From Spirochaetales bacterium (lineage in GTDB: Bacteria; Spirochaetota; Spirochaetia; SZUA-6; RPPD01), in contig JAFGJO010000014.1 in the NCBI GenBank assembly GCA_016929065.1, positions 101 through 64,100 on the forward strand: a DNA stretch of 64,000 bases, read 5' to 3'. Under the pieces are notes generated by a model. It worked only from the letters and a program-made list of their open reading frames with translations. It searched no databases and was not told the DNA's origin. How positions within the stretch are numbered: the first letter of the stretch is position 1; each line of letters opens with the position of its first letter. The position numbers and the translations under genes were made by a program. Below are positions 50,787-61,736 of this stretch, in pieces.

Positions 50787-50818
50787 TTGAAAAACAGGCT
50801 CCTTCTGAATGTGATGAT

Positions 50819-53800
50819 TTAAAAAACCATCCCCCACTTCAATGTTATTTTATTGTCGGGGAGGAAAAAGGACTCCCAGTGTTCTGGGGTTACTGTCCAC
50901 TTTATAGTAAGAAAAAAGGGTGTTGTCAACTCGATACTGACTTCAGATTCGACTGAAACATTCCCGAAATTTTCAGATGCCGGAACAGATGTTCCTTCAG
51001 ACTGGGTATCCGACTGTATCCGGAATACCACTTCGACGAATAAATCGCTCTGCTCATCAAGATACTTTTGAAAACTGATTTCTGTATTGTTCAGATAGCG
51101 TCCCATGCTGATGGGTTCGGCGCCGTAAAGTGAGTCCGAAGAAGTGAACAATGTATCACGAAGAAGATTTTTAATAAGTTCAGTTCTTATAGAAAAACCG
51201 TCGAGATCAAAGATTTCCTTCACTTTTTGCTCCAGAGGCCGCAGCAGCACCAATTGGGTGAGCAGGTCCCCTCCGATATCACTGATGACCGACGAGATAT
51301 ATTCATCACTTGCATTATCCTGCTGGGACTGAATGATCCCTCCCAGGGCAAGGTAGCGTTCTGTGATCGGCAGCGGCGGATCTGATTCAAACGTCGGTTC
51401 AAATCCGCTCAAACGCTGGTTATCAACCTGCATGATTATTTTCACGTCTTTTTCATTATAACGCACCCTTCGTTCAGCACGGAGCGACAGGAGCGGATCA
51501 AATGTTTGTGCATTTTCATTCAGGGAAATGTGCCCTTCCCGGACATGGAAACCGCGTTCAAAATAATACACATCGCCGTTATTAAAATCAAAATCGCCGG
51601 TAAGGACCAGATCATCCTTCAGTTTGTTGTACTTCACCATCATCTTCGCTCCGGGAACCGCCACAAGACGCAGAATCGGCAATTCCCGCGCGGGCCAGAA
51701 CATTTCCACCTGTTTCCCGGTCTCGATATTCAGATCAACTTCAACATTAAAATCCCGTCTTGCTTCTTTTTCTTCGGCAGTCTCCTCTTGTTTCGCCAGT
51801 ATAACGTTACAGTTTTGCACAAACAAATCCCCGGCAACACGCAACCCTGCATAAGAACCCATAAGGGTAAAATTGGGAGATACTACAAAACCATCAATCG
51901 TGGCGGGTCCCGCCGGGACTACAACATGTATCCCGCGCTCATCAAGAACCTTTACGTTGAGCATATATTGCGACACATTCCAGTGATCCATGACAAGATC
52001 GGTACTCAAGGTAACCGGAGTTCTCCCGACATACGTATTTGTTTCTTTAAAATGGAGTGCTTTTTCATTAATCTGCAAAACCGTATTAATAGGCCCGACC
52101 GGTTCTGGCAAAACCTTTGATCCGACCGACAATTTATCAATCGTAAAAACACCGAACAGGTCCGGATCGCTTAACGGTCCGGTAATGGTAATATTTCCTT
52201 TGGCAATTCCGTCGTAAAACACCAGGGCGTCGTTGTTCACCAGAGCGTTCAGGCCAGTAATCATCAGAGTGACGTCATCAGCACGTGCATCAACATTATT
52301 TCCCTCGATTTTTCCGGCAAGTGTCCCCTGAAGCGGAAACGGATCAGCAAAGGAAATCTTGAAGGAACCGTCTTTCAGCAAAGCCCCGTAGATGGTGTTG
52401 TCCGGTCCTCCGGCAATCGAAAACGCCGAATCATCAAGTGAATAAATCAGCCGCCAGGGAGAAAGTTCTTTTTTCCCCGCAAGAATGTCCTGTACCCTCA
52501 GTTCTCCGCTGACCGTGGCCATGACAGGGGATGCTGCAGAACCGGATGTGTCGGTGACAGGATTTGTAGAACCGGCAAGCGTCAGTTTTGCAGTTAACGG
52601 TTCATTGTAATTTGCATTAAATGCCCCCTCAAACGAGTACTGGCCATTTGTTCTGTTGTACTCGCCCTTTACAGTATTAATTGAATAGGTATCTGAATAA
52701 GATCCGGAGAAGGAATTCAGCAAAAATATATCATCATTCAGTGTAAATTCAGCATTCGCCGTGACCGGTTCAAAACCAAACCGTCCGTTTTCAAGGGAGA
52801 GCACCCCCTCAATCTCCGGAGAAACCGGATTCCCCGAGACCAACACTGCGCCATTGAGACTGCCCCTGATCACAATATCCCCAAAACGTGCAAGCGGACT
52901 TTTCGAAAACACAAGCTGGGCTGAAATATCATCCTCGCGGTAATTGACCGATCCCGAATATACCTCCTGTTGTGACTGATCCGCAAGGTAAAACCAGCCA
53001 TTAATCCCAAATTGAGCTTCATAATCAAGGGAAAATGTTCCATTGCCGTTCAGGGCCGAAATCGCATCTTTTACCCCCAGCTGTGATATTTCACAGATTC
53101 CATTACGCATGACAAAAGCGGCATCAATCACCGGAGCCCCCCCCCGCGCGGTCAGCTGTGGAAATCCGGAGATTGTTGTCTTCTGGCCTGCAATTTCCAG
53201 CGATCCGTCCGTCGTCACGACCCCCGCCCACCGCAACGATGCCACAAGTGTTGTTTCATTTACGGGAATGGGGAGCGCGTCTGCATTGACAAAAAAGACC
53301 ATCGTCCCGTCATTTTCCTGAATGAGAGAAGCCAACAGACCATAGGTGCCGGACATGATAACACCCTGATCCGGAATAATATCGCCCTCAAGCATATAGG
53401 CAGTATCACGAACAGAAAACCGGGTTAAAAAATGGGGTATATTCCGGTCAGTATTTTTCAGATGAAAGTCGCCCGAGATTTTCATCCCTTTCCAGTTCCC
53501 GGAAAATTTATTTACCGCTACTTGCTGTGTATCGAACTCGACATCAAATACAAGCGTATTCTGCTCTTCTTCTTGCTGCACAATCAGTACACGTTCAGAT
53601 TTTCCCTGCACGGTCTTGAAGTCGGTCGAAAAGCTTGCGGAGGCAGTGATATACATATCATCAAGGAGTCCGATAACTGTCTGATCTTCCGCGGCAGATG
53701 CAGACACGGCCCGGTAGACTATATCAAGGGGTATGTTCTGCACCGTGGTATCCAGTGACAACAGAGGCTGATCTTCAAGATTCAGGTTGCCGTTCAATAC

Positions 53801-55189
53801 AATGCTGTTTTTTGCACGGGCAGCAGAAAGCTGTGTGGAAAGCGTGAACAGATAATTATCCTGCACTGGAAAAATTTCCCAGAGAAACTGGTCGAATTGC
53901 GCGGAACCAATCATGATCCGGTCTCCGGCAAGGGACAGCCCCTGCGCTGTCCTGTCTACATCAAGATCCGCATTAATTTTTCCGGCCACTTTTGTTTCAA
54001 GGTCGCGAAGCTGCAGCGACCCTTTGGGAAACATGGTTTCGTACAGTATGTTCCCGACAAATTGAATCGATCCGATCTGTGAGGTGACTGCAAAAGGTTC
54101 AAAGGCGATTGAGGTATTATCACCGGTTACCCTTGTTTTGATCCTGGCCTGAACGGGAACGACCTCATCAGGAAGGAAGCCGTCTACATCAAGGCGGTAC
54201 TCAAGGTCATTGGCTTCAATATCATAGCGGACATTGCCTTTTGAGGTGACAGTTGTCTTTAAAAAGGGATTCAGTCCCTCAAGCCCGTTTCGAAGCAAAA
54301 GTGTCCGTGCCGGAGAGTACCCCTCGGAAATAAAATTGAGGGCAACAGTGTGTTCATCAATTGCATACACAACAGAAAGATCAAGCGGTTCATGGTCCTG
54401 TATTTTTGTCACCACCAGTTTGCTGTTTTCAAGCCGCACATCAAACTGCTGCTCATTGACCGCGAAACTGGTTGATTCAATATTCTGAAAATTGACCTGG
54501 GCATCAAATATTTTCACCGATTTATGGAGACTCCCGGTCATGTCAAATTCTGAATTCAGAAAAAAATTCCTGCCGCCAGGCTGGGTGTTTTCTGTTCGTC
54601 CATCACTGTGCAGATTGACCGAAAACCACTCCCCGTCAGGGGTAATAGTAAAAAACAGGCCATTGAAACTGAATTCGTTTTCTTCCCGGGTATAGGTTAT
54701 GCCCAGATTTTTTCCGACAAATTCTATCGGCGGCAGAGTAAAATCGGGAATATCGCGGAAGATAATTTTCGCAAAGAAATCCACAAGTTTTTTGTCTTTT
54801 TTCTCGTCAAGATTCAGCCTGATGCCGAGTGTTTCAATTTTCTTTATTGCATAAAGCTTGTCACCCTCGAAAATCAGGGCAAGCGGATTATAATACATGA
54901 CCAGTTTCTGCGCAGACAGCAGTTCACGCGGTTCCGCATCCGCAGTGGTGATGGATAAACCGCGAATCTCAAGACGGCTGAACAGCGAAGGAGAGATATT
55001 TTCGTAGGTGAGCGTCAGGCCTGTTTCCTTTGAAAACTCCCTGAAAAAAGAATGCTTCAAATTGACCAGTTCGACTTCAACCAGGAGCGTAAAGACAGAA
55101 AAACTCACCGCAACAACTGCGCCGATAATGAGTAAAATCAGGATTTTTTTCCGCCGTACCATGGCGGGATGATCTGCGTGGCTGTCCAT
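50819..55189 (-). CDS. tamB: TamB/AsmA-like translocation-and-assembly module protein (1456 aa, N-terminal TM anchor, C-terminal DUF490-like)
   Basis: Size, single N-terminal TM (ILILLIIGAVVAVSFSVFTLLV), beta-rich repetitive body, position directly upstream of bamA-skp as in spirochete genomes. Confidence 0.65.
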   Translation of the reverse strand: MDSHADHPAMVRRKKILILLIIGAVVAVSFSVFTLLVEVELVNLKHSFFREFSKETGLTLTYENISPSLFSRLEIRGLSITTADAEPRELLSAQKLVMYYNPLALIFEGDKLYAIKKIETLGIRLNLDEKKDKKLVDFFAKIIFRDIPDFTLPPIEFVGKNLGITYTREENEFSFNGLFFTITPDGEWFSVNLHSDGRTENTQPGGRNFFLNSEFDMTGSLHKSVKIFDAQVNFQNIESTSFAVNEQQFDVRLENSKLVVTKIQDHEPLDLSVVYAIDEHTVALNFISEGYSPARTLLLRNGLEGLNPFLKTTVTSKGNVRYDIEANDLEYRLDVDGFLPDEVVPVQARIKTRVTGDNTSIAFEPFAVTSQIGSIQFVGNILYETMFPKGSLQLRDLETKVAGKINADLDVDRTAQGLSLAGDRIMIGSAQFDQFLWEIFPVQDNYLFTLSTQLSAARAKNSIVLNGNLNLEDQPLLSLDTTVQNIPLDIVYRAVSASAAEDQTVIGLLDDMYITASASFSTDFKTVQGKSERVLIVQQEEEQNTLVFDVEFDTQQVAVNKFSGNWKGMKISGDFHLKNTDRNIPHFLTRFSVRDTAYMLEGDIIPDQGVIMSGTYGLLASLIQENDGTMVFFVNADALPIPVNETTLVASLRWAGVVTTDGSLEIAGQKTTISGFPQLTARGGAPVIDAAFVMRNGICEISQLGVKDAISALNGNGTFSLDYEAQFGINGWFYLADQSQQEVYSGSVNYREDDISAQLVFSKSPLARFGDIVIRGSLNGAVLVSGNPVSPEIEGVLSLENGRFGFEPVTANAEFTLNDDIFLLNSFSGSYSDTYSINTVKGEYNRTNGQYSFEGAFNANYNEPLTAKLTLAGSTNPVTDTSGSAASPVMATVSGELRVQDILAGKKELSPWRLIYSLDDSAFSIAGGPDNTIYGALLKDGSFKISFADPFPLQGTLAGKIEGNNVDARADDVTLMITGLNALVNNDALVFYDGIAKGNITITGPLSDPDLFGVFTIDKLSVGSKVLPEPVGPINTVLQINEKALHFKETNTYVGRTPVTLSTDLVMDHWNVSQYMLNVKVLDERGIHVVVPAGPATIDGFVVSPNFTLMGSYAGLRVAGDLFVQNCNVILAKQEETAEEKEARRDFNVEVDLNIETGKQVEMFWPARELPILRLVAVPGAKMMVKYNKLKDDLVLTGDFDFNNGDVYYFERGFHVREGHISLNENAQTFDPLLSLRAERRVRYNEKDVKIIMQVDNQRLSGFEPTFESDPPLPITERYLALGGIIQSQQDNASDEYISSVISDIGGDLLTQLVLLRPLEQKVKEIFDLDGFSIRTELIKNLLRDTLFTSSDSLYGAEPISMGRYLNNTEISFQKYLDEQSDLFVEVVFRIQSDTQSEGTSVPASENFGNVSVESEVSIELTTPFFLTIKWTVTPEHWESFFLPDNKITLKWGMVF

Positions 55190-55489
55190 TCTTCCTCTAA
55201 ATAATCCAACACCCTGTCAACAGCAATGTCATACCCGGTATTTTCCGGTCCCAAACAGAAAAACACCTCTCTGTGTTAAATATACTCTCACAGAGACCTG
55301 CTTTCAAAAAATTCAACCCTGTTTATTTCAGGTGTTGTTTATAGTATCGGTTTTTCGCAATCGGATAACTATATTACCATGCTGGTTATACTCAAGACAA
55401 TACCAAAACCATGTATTAATTTCCTGCCCAATATTAAAAAAAACCGGAGAGAAAAACGTTACAATATATTTAAAAAAACAGCCCGGATA

Positions 55490-56731
55490 TCAGGATTCTT
55501 CGGCAGATTTCTCCATTTTTACGATTTCTATCCGCTTGATGTGACGTTTATCCCTCTCAATCACCTTCAAGACCGCCCCCGGGATATTGTACACCATTCC
55601 CGTTTTGGGGATCTCACCGAGTTTTTCACATAAAAATCCGCCGATTGTATCATATTCGCCCCGCTCCAGCAGAATGCCCGTGTAACTGTACAGGTCATCG
55701 ATTCCCATGGTACCCTCCAGGATATACCGGTTTGGAGAGAGAGCCTGAATATCATCCTCAAACGTGTTGATCTCGCCCGGGATATGGCCCACAATATCTG
55801 CAACGATCTCATTCGGGGTAATAATACCCGATATGATGCCATATTCATCACATAAAAACACAACGTCGAGACGTTTCTGGTTCATATCAAGAAGCAAATT
55901 CGGAATTCGCTTTGTCTCGGGATAAAATACTGCATCGCGCATATGGGTGACTATATTTCCGCTTTTGCTTAACAGAAAATCCTCGATATCAATATACCCG
56001 ATTATATTGTCCGGCCGGCGTGTAAAAATTGAAATAAACCGGGCCCGGGTTTCCTTTGACAGACGAATGACCTCCGCAATTGAAGCATCTGCAGAACATA
56101 CAGGCATTTTGGGAAACGGAATCATCACCTCCCGGGCTTTCGTATTCGGAAAATCAAAAATATCATCGACCAGACGCTGATCCTGCAGCGAAAGGGCTAT
56201 TTCCCTGCTCCGCAGTTTTACCAGATACCGAAGGTCCTCACGGGAAGTCGGCAATTTTCTTACCGAGGCCTTATTTCCGAAAACAAGGACGATAATACGG
56301 ATCAAGGTGTTAATTAATACCGAAATCGGCAAAAACAGATAATAAAAAACCAGCAACACCGGACTCAACCGTAATGTAATGGAATCCGCATGATTCCGGA
56401 AAAACGATTTCGGAATAATTTCAGAAAAAACAAGAAATATAACCGTAAGAACAAATACCCCGATCCATTCGACAAAATCAGGGACATGGAAACTGCGGAG
56501 CAGAATTAAAAAAAAGACAGTTCCGGTAACCACTGCAATATTGGTTCCGATCAATGTTGTCGCCAAAAGCCGCTCCGGACGGTGCAGGAGAAAGTCTGCA
56601 TTCCGGGCATACATTGCCCCTTTTTCCTTCTTTGAATAGATGGTGAGCTGATTTGCAGAAAGGAGCCCGGTCTCCATACCGGCAAAAAAAGCGGCAAAAA
56701 TAATGCACAGAATAATCCCAAGGATGATCAT
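55490..56731 (-). CDS. CNNM/HlyC/CorC-family protein (DUF21 TM domain - CBS pair - CorC_HlyC), TlyC-like
   Basis: N-terminal DUF21 (FFAGMETGLLSANQ), CBS pair, C-terminal transporter-associated domain. Confidence 0.8.
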   Translation of the reverse strand: MIILGIILCIIFAAFFAGMETGLLSANQLTIYSKKEKGAMYARNADFLLHRPERLLATTLIGTNIAVVTGTVFFLILLRSFHVPDFVEWIGVFVLTVIFLVFSEIIPKSFFRNHADSITLRLSPVLLVFYYLFLPISVLINTLIRIIVLVFGNKASVRKLPTSREDLRYLVKLRSREIALSLQDQRLVDDIFDFPNTKAREVMIPFPKMPVCSADASIAEVIRLSKETRARFISIFTRRPDNIIGYIDIEDFLLSKSGNIVTHMRDAVFYPETKRIPNLLLDMNQKRLDVVFLCDEYGIISGIITPNEIVADIVGHIPGEINTFEDDIQALSPNRYILEGTMGIDDLYSYTGILLERGEYDTIGGFLCEKLGEIPKTGMVYNIPGAVLKVIERDKRHIKRIEIVKMEKSAEES

Positions 56732-57978
56732 GACTTCACCTCTACCCGGAGTGTACCGATGCTGTTTCGCTGCATTTTCACGACCGTAAACTCGATATTT
56801 TTTATGGTTGTAGTCATTCCTTCCATCGGGATTTCTCCCAACTGCTCGATGACCATGCCGCCGACAGTCCGGCTCTCGGTTTCAAATTCTATTCCCATGA
56901 CATCCTCGAGCAGCCGCACATCCACTTTACCCGGCATTGAAAGCACGTTCGGACCAATCTCCCGGATCAGATTCTGTTCTGATGAATAAAGGTTCGAGAG
57001 GATTGTTTCAACAAGGTGTTTGAACGTAATGACTCCTGCAGTCCCGCCATACTCGTCAACCACCACCGCCATACCTGCTTCGAGTTCCTTCATCTCCTGC
57101 ATGAGCTGATTGAGTTTTTTTGATTCCGGAATTTGATGAAGCTCGTTGAGCAGGGTGTCAACCGGAGCATCATCGTTCAAGCCGAATTTGAAGGAAACAA
57201 GATCCTTGATCTCGACATACCCAAGCGGATGGTCAATATTTTCACGGTAAACCAGCAGCAGTGAGTGCATGGTCCCGAGATGCGACTGTTCAAAATCGAA
57301 AAGGATATCACTGACCATGGTCCCGGTATCAACGCCTTTTATTTCAGTTCTGGGAATCATCACCTCTTCGGCGGTCAGGATATTGAATTCAAAAAAGGAT
57401 TCAAAAAGACTGAGTTCGAGCTGATTGATAATTCCTTCTTTGTGTCCTATTTTCAAAGTTGCATCGATAATATCCCGATCCTGGGAGGTCTCATGTATTT
57501 TAATGGTGAACAGCCAGCGGATACCCGAAAGAACAATCCGTAGCGGCGCGAGCAGAAAGTGCGCCCCCAGCAGGGGCAAGGCATTCAGACGCACAAAAAA
57601 AAGCGAGTTTCTGACAGCGATATTTTTCGGCATCAGTTCTCCAAACAGAAGCAGAATTCCCGTCATGGAGACAATCGGAAACAGAAATGTCAACATCTCA
57701 TTTTCAAAATTGAATTTGTCCTGCACATAGTTTTCATAGATCGCAGTGGCAAAAATATTGACAATCATGTTTCCGGTAAGAATGGTGATCAGCAGTTCAT
57801 CTGACTTGCTTGCCATGAGCTGGAATAAAAGGCGGATTTTTTTTCGTACGGTCTTTTTAAGCTGTTCGCGCTCGAACATCGAGAGTGAAAAAATAGCGGT
57901 TTCGGAACTCGAAAAAAACGCAGAGAAAATAATGAGTAATGAAAATACTGCAAGGGTTATTATACTGTCAACTTCCAT
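56728..57978 (-). CDS. Second CNNM/HlyC/CorC-family paralog (DUF21-CBS-CorC_HlyC)
   Basis: FFSSSETAIFSLS (DUF21), CBS pair, C-terminal domain; 4-nt overlap with downstream paralog. Confidence 0.8.
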   Translation of the reverse strand: MEVDSIITLAVFSLLIIFSAFFSSSETAIFSLSMFEREQLKKTVRKKIRLLFQLMASKSDELLITILTGNMIVNIFATAIYENYVQDKFNFENEMLTFLFPIVSMTGILLLFGELMPKNIAVRNSLFFVRLNALPLLGAHFLLAPLRIVLSGIRWLFTIKIHETSQDRDIIDATLKIGHKEGIINQLELSLFESFFEFNILTAEEVMIPRTEIKGVDTGTMVSDILFDFEQSHLGTMHSLLLVYRENIDHPLGYVEIKDLVSFKFGLNDDAPVDTLLNELHQIPESKKLNQLMQEMKELEAGMAVVVDEYGGTAGVITFKHLVETILSNLYSSEQNLIREIGPNVLSMPGKVDVRLLEDVMGIEFETESRTVGGMVIEQLGEIPMEGMTTTIKNIEFTVVKMQRNSIGTLRVEVKS

Positions 57979-58251
57979 AGATTACATTACGGGAAGACAA
58001 CCGGCCACTGGATCAAATGTATGGAATTCCCGTCGGTAAAAATCGAAATCAACCTACCCCCTTTTTCTTTCGCTGTACACACAACATCATGTCGAGGGAT
58101 TATTCCTACACTATATCCGGAGGCGTTTGACAACATCATTTGGTCACACAGATAACTGTTCAGCAACTGTACATGACGATTTTTGCTATCTGCCCATAAA
58201 GAGAAAAATAGTATATACTCATCGCAATAAATTGTAAAGAAGAGAATTTTC

Positions 58252-58884
58252 ATGCAGAAACAATATCCGGTCCCCAATTTTTTTGTTCTCGAAGGGCTTG
58301 ACGGTGCCGGGACAACGACCCAGCTCCAGCTGATCGCAAGGCGGGCAGCAGAGGAACAGCTTCCTGTTTCCTGTACTTTCGAACCCACAGACAACCCGGT
58401 CGGCCGATTGATCCGTCAGGTGCTCGGAAAAAATATCGCACTCTCCGGCGCAACCCTCTCCTATCTGTTTGCCGCAGACCGGCATGAGCACGTTTTCGGG
58501 ATCAGCGGCATCATGGAAATTCTTCAGCAGAGCAGCACCGTAGTCTGCGACCGGTATCTTTTTTCAAGTCTCGCGTATCAGTCACTTTCCGCTGACATCC
58601 GGCATATCGCCGAATTAAACAGGGAGTTCCCCCTCCCGGAAACGGTATTTTTTCTGGACACACCGGTTTTGGTCTGTGAATCGCGCAGAAAAAACCGCGT
58701 GAACGAAGAGCTGTTCGAAAACCAGTCGGTTCAGGAAAAAGTGGCGGCCGGATACCGGCAGGCATTTGATCTTTTTGCCGGCTCAGGCATGGAAATTTTG
58801 ACCATCGATGGAACGCTTCCGCCTGAAAAAATTCATGAGAAGATATGGAAAAGGATTGGTGTTATGCCGATAGTAAAAGAGTGA
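58252..58884 (+). CDS. tmk: Thymidylate kinase
   Basis: FFVLEGLDGAGTTTQLQL (P-loop), DRY (CDRYLFSSLAYQ), lid region. Confidence 0.85.
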   Translation: MQKQYPVPNFFVLEGLDGAGTTTQLQLIARRAAEEQLPVSCTFEPTDNPVGRLIRQVLGKNIALSGATLSYLFAADRHEHVFGISGIMEILQQSSTVVCDRYLFSSLAYQSLSADIRHIAELNREFPLPETVFFLDTPVLVCESRRKNRVNEELFENQSVQEKVAAGYRQAFDLFAGSGMEILTIDGTLPPEKIHEKIWKRIGVMPIVKE

Positions 58885-59498
58885 AAAAGACACTTTTATT
58901 TTTCCCTTTTTTTATTTTCTTTGCCGTGATCTCATCGCATTCATTATTCAGTGACCGCATTCTGTATGCGGAACAGTATTACCAGCTGTTCCACCGGCAT
59001 TTTTATCAGTATCCCGAGGATTCACTGGAAAACATTTACTATCTGGAGCTGGCATTGAACGCAAACTTCGCAAATCCGCTCTATGCACTTGCGAAAATAA
59101 AAGACAAGACAGAATACCAGCGGTATACACATCTGTTCAGGATGCATGTCAATCTGAAAATAATAGAACAATATCTCATTCTGGGAAGCAAATATGACAA
59201 GTTTGAGGTCTATTTTTTCAACAAAGAAGGCCCCTGGAAAAATGCCATTTGCGAGAGTGTAAAGACAGCGGAATGGGCATACACCACTGCAAAATATTAT
59301 TGGGAACAGGCAAAAATGTGGTCCACACAGGCCTTTGGACTGCGCCGGATACACTTGGACGCGATTCAGAGCTGGGAGGACGAAAATTTCCGCATCGAGA
59401 CAAGAGACCTCGATTACGAACGAATTATTAACAAGCAGCTCGCCCGGATTGCCGAAGCACGGCAATATCTTGAATGTGCACCCAATTCCCCAAATTAA
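58881..59498 (+). CDS. Hypothetical secreted protein
   Basis: Probable GTG start overlapping tmk stop (GTGA); VKKTLLFFPFFIFFAVISSHS signal peptide; aromatic-rich helical body. Confidence 0.4.
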   Translation: MKKTLLFFPFFIFFAVISSHSLFSDRILYAEQYYQLFHRHFYQYPEDSLENIYYLELALNANFANPLYALAKIKDKTEYQRYTHLFRMHVNLKIIEQYLILGSKYDKFEVYFFNKEGPWKNAICESVKTAEWAYTTAKYYWEQAKMWSTQAFGLRRIHLDAIQSWEDENFRIETRDLDYERIINKQLARIAEARQYLECAPNSPN

Positions 59499-59650
59499 CA
59501 GGGAAAAACAATATCATTTAATTGAATATTAGCTCTTGCTGATTTTCGAATATTTACTATTATAAATGTAGAAAAAAGATGCTTGATCAATACAGGAAAA
59601 GAGTATACTGTACGGTAATTATAAAACAAAACGGCTGGATGGAGATAAAA

Positions 59651-59974
59651 ATGATATTCAAAAAGCATGAAGCCGGTGATGAACTGATTGTCGAAATTGA
59701 AGGTCAGCTCTCCGGAGACAATACCGAGAAAGCATTTCAAAACGAACTGCGGGACCTTGAAAAAACGCCTCATATGGTGATCACGTTTAATCTTACCCAT
59801 GTCAACGCCATCAACTCTGCCAATATCGGAAAGTTTTTCCTGTTCATGAACAGGCTCAAAGCACACGGCAGAAGCCTGCGGATCAAGGGCTGCAGCGATA
59901 CCTTATACCAGACATTCCAGCTGATCCGCCTGGAGGATTTTCTCCCCGTTGAAAAAAACGCCTCGGCAGTATAA
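59651..59974 (+). CDS. STAS-domain anti-sigma-factor-antagonist-like protein
   Basis: IVEIEGQLSGDNTEKAFQNELRDL...VITFNLTHVNAINSANIGKFFLFMNRL...LRIKGCSDTLYQTFQL typical SpoIIAA fold. Confidence 0.6.
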   Translation: MIFKKHEAGDELIVEIEGQLSGDNTEKAFQNELRDLEKTPHMVITFNLTHVNAINSANIGKFFLFMNRLKAHGRSLRIKGCSDTLYQTFQLIRLEDFLPVEKNASAV

Positions 59975-60015
59975 ACCGAAAAGGATTTGAACGTCCAATC
60001 AGAAAATGTTCTGTT

Positions 60016-60855
60016 CTATTTTTTTTCTGCCAGAAACAGCATGACATCGCCAAAACCCCATTTCTTGGCCAGCCGGTCAACCGGCCGTTTTATCCAGCGG
60101 GGCGCGGTGCCGACCGCGAGCCCGCCCCAGGTCTTGACAGTGACAATATGAAAACCGAGCCTGACGAGCAGCGTACTGAGCGTCTTTTTGGAAAATAAAA
60201 ACAAATGATCACGTATTGCAGACCGCCATTTTTCCCTGAACAGTTTTGCCTGAAATCCTGCAATATTCGGCGTGGTGATAATGACCCTCCCGCCGGGTTT
60301 CAATATGCGCCTGACTTCCAGAAGGAACACAACCGGGTCGCTCACATGCTCGATAAGATGGGAAAAATGAATGATCGAAAATGAATTGTCCGGGAGTTTT
60401 GTATCTTCCAATGTTCCAATATTGATGTTTACCCCGCGCTTGTTGATGCCGTATTCTGCCGACTCCGGACAGAGTTCTACACCTTCGACATGAAATCCAA
60501 GGTGTTTCATATGCTCCAGAAGACGTCCGGTTGCACAGCCGATATCACAAAACGTTTTGTCTTCCCAGGCTGACAGGAAGGCATCAGTATAGCCGATATC
60601 CCTCATTCCCAAAAGCATCAAATTGAAAAAGTTCTCTTCATTGGAAAACTCGTACTGAAAGTACTGGTTGCGGTAGCGCCCCTGGAGATCGGAGAACAGG
60701 GGCTGCGGATTCTGATACACCAGAGTGCACCTGCTGCATTCGACAAAGCGGGCATCTTCGACATGAAACCGCGGTGTTGAAGGAACATCTCCGCAGAGCG
60801 GACAGGGTATCGAAACTGCTTCAGCTGCCTTTCCGGAACTTGAATAGGTTTTCAT
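60016..60855 (-). CDS. Class I SAM-dependent methyltransferase with N-terminal CxxC...CxxC zinc ribbon
   Basis: CPLCG...CSRC then motif I (CDIGCATGRL), post-I acidic, motif IV region. Confidence 0.7.
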   Translation of the reverse strand: MKTYSSSGKAAEAVSIPCPLCGDVPSTPRFHVEDARFVECSRCTLVYQNPQPLFSDLQGRYRNQYFQYEFSNEENFFNLMLLGMRDIGYTDAFLSAWEDKTFCDIGCATGRLLEHMKHLGFHVEGVELCPESAEYGINKRGVNINIGTLEDTKLPDNSFSIIHFSHLIEHVSDPVVFLLEVRRILKPGGRVIITTPNIAGFQAKLFREKWRSAIRDHLFLFSKKTLSTLLVRLGFHIVTVKTWGGLAVGTAPRWIKRPVDRLAKKWGFGDVMLFLAEKK

Positions 60856-61736
60856 TCTACTCCCCGTACTGAAACCAGAAAGTTTTTTTCAACCGCGTTT
60901 CCGGAAAAATCCTTCACCTTCACCGTTACCATGATGTTTCCGGCAGGGAATCTGACATCATCGAAATGGATGGTATCAATGTATATTTCCCCGTCACGGT
61001 ACAGTTCATACAGCTTTTTTTTGTCTTGGCCGAGAACCGATTCATTGTTCTCCGTGGCAATCCGGTCATACAGAATATGCCCTGCAGTCTGGCCGTTTAT
61101 CAAAACGGAAATATCATGGGGCAAGAACTTTTTGTTTCGCGTATTTTCGTTACGGAAATCAATTGCATGAACAAATACCGAATAGTCTCCTTCCGGCAGT
61201 GTTTTTGCATTGAACAGAGACAGGGAATTGCCGCTCCGCTGGACAAATACATCCAGAACGACCGGATACTGTGCATCTGGAAGGCCGGGCAGCTTTAAAA
61301 ATGGATTAAAAAACGACATGGTTTGCTGATCGAAAAATGACAGATGCAGGTGTTTTCCGATCGAATACCCCGAGTTGCCCACAATACCAATGACCGATTC
61401 GGCAGTGACCTGATAGATCCGGCGCGGAATGGACTGGTCCTCCAGGTGACAATATAATGACCTGAGCTGGTTTGCGTGTTCGACTGTAATATAATTTCCA
61501 AGACCGGCCGGAAGGCTTGAATAGGAATGGGATTCCTCATGTACAAATACCACCTCGCCGGGTCCGACAGGTCTCACCTCTTTGATATCCCCGCCGATAT
61601 CGATTCCTGAATGAAAGTGATCCTGACGGTATTCGCCGAAAACACCGGTAATCACCGGATGCGAAACCGGCCAGTCAAATGAACATAAAAAAAACAGACA
61701 CAGAAAAGAAATAATGAGCGGTATTTTTTTCTGCAT
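60852..61736 (-). CDS. M23-family metallopeptidase (secreted)
   Basis: Signal peptide; HSGIDIGG...; HxH-like HLHLSF motif; 4-nt overlaps on both sides. Confidence 0.75.
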   Translation of the reverse strand: MQKKIPLIISFLCLFFLCSFDWPVSHPVITGVFGEYRQDHFHSGIDIGGDIKEVRPVGPGEVVFVHEESHSYSSLPAGLGNYITVEHANQLRSLYCHLEDQSIPRRIYQVTAESVIGIVGNSGYSIGKHLHLSFFDQQTMSFFNPFLKLPGLPDAQYPVVLDVFVQRSGNSLSLFNAKTLPEGDYSVFVHAIDFRNENTRNKKFLPHDISVLINGQTAGHILYDRIATENNESVLGQDKKKLYELYRDGEIYIDTIHFDDVRFPAGNIMVTVKVKDFSGNAVEKNFLVSVRGVE

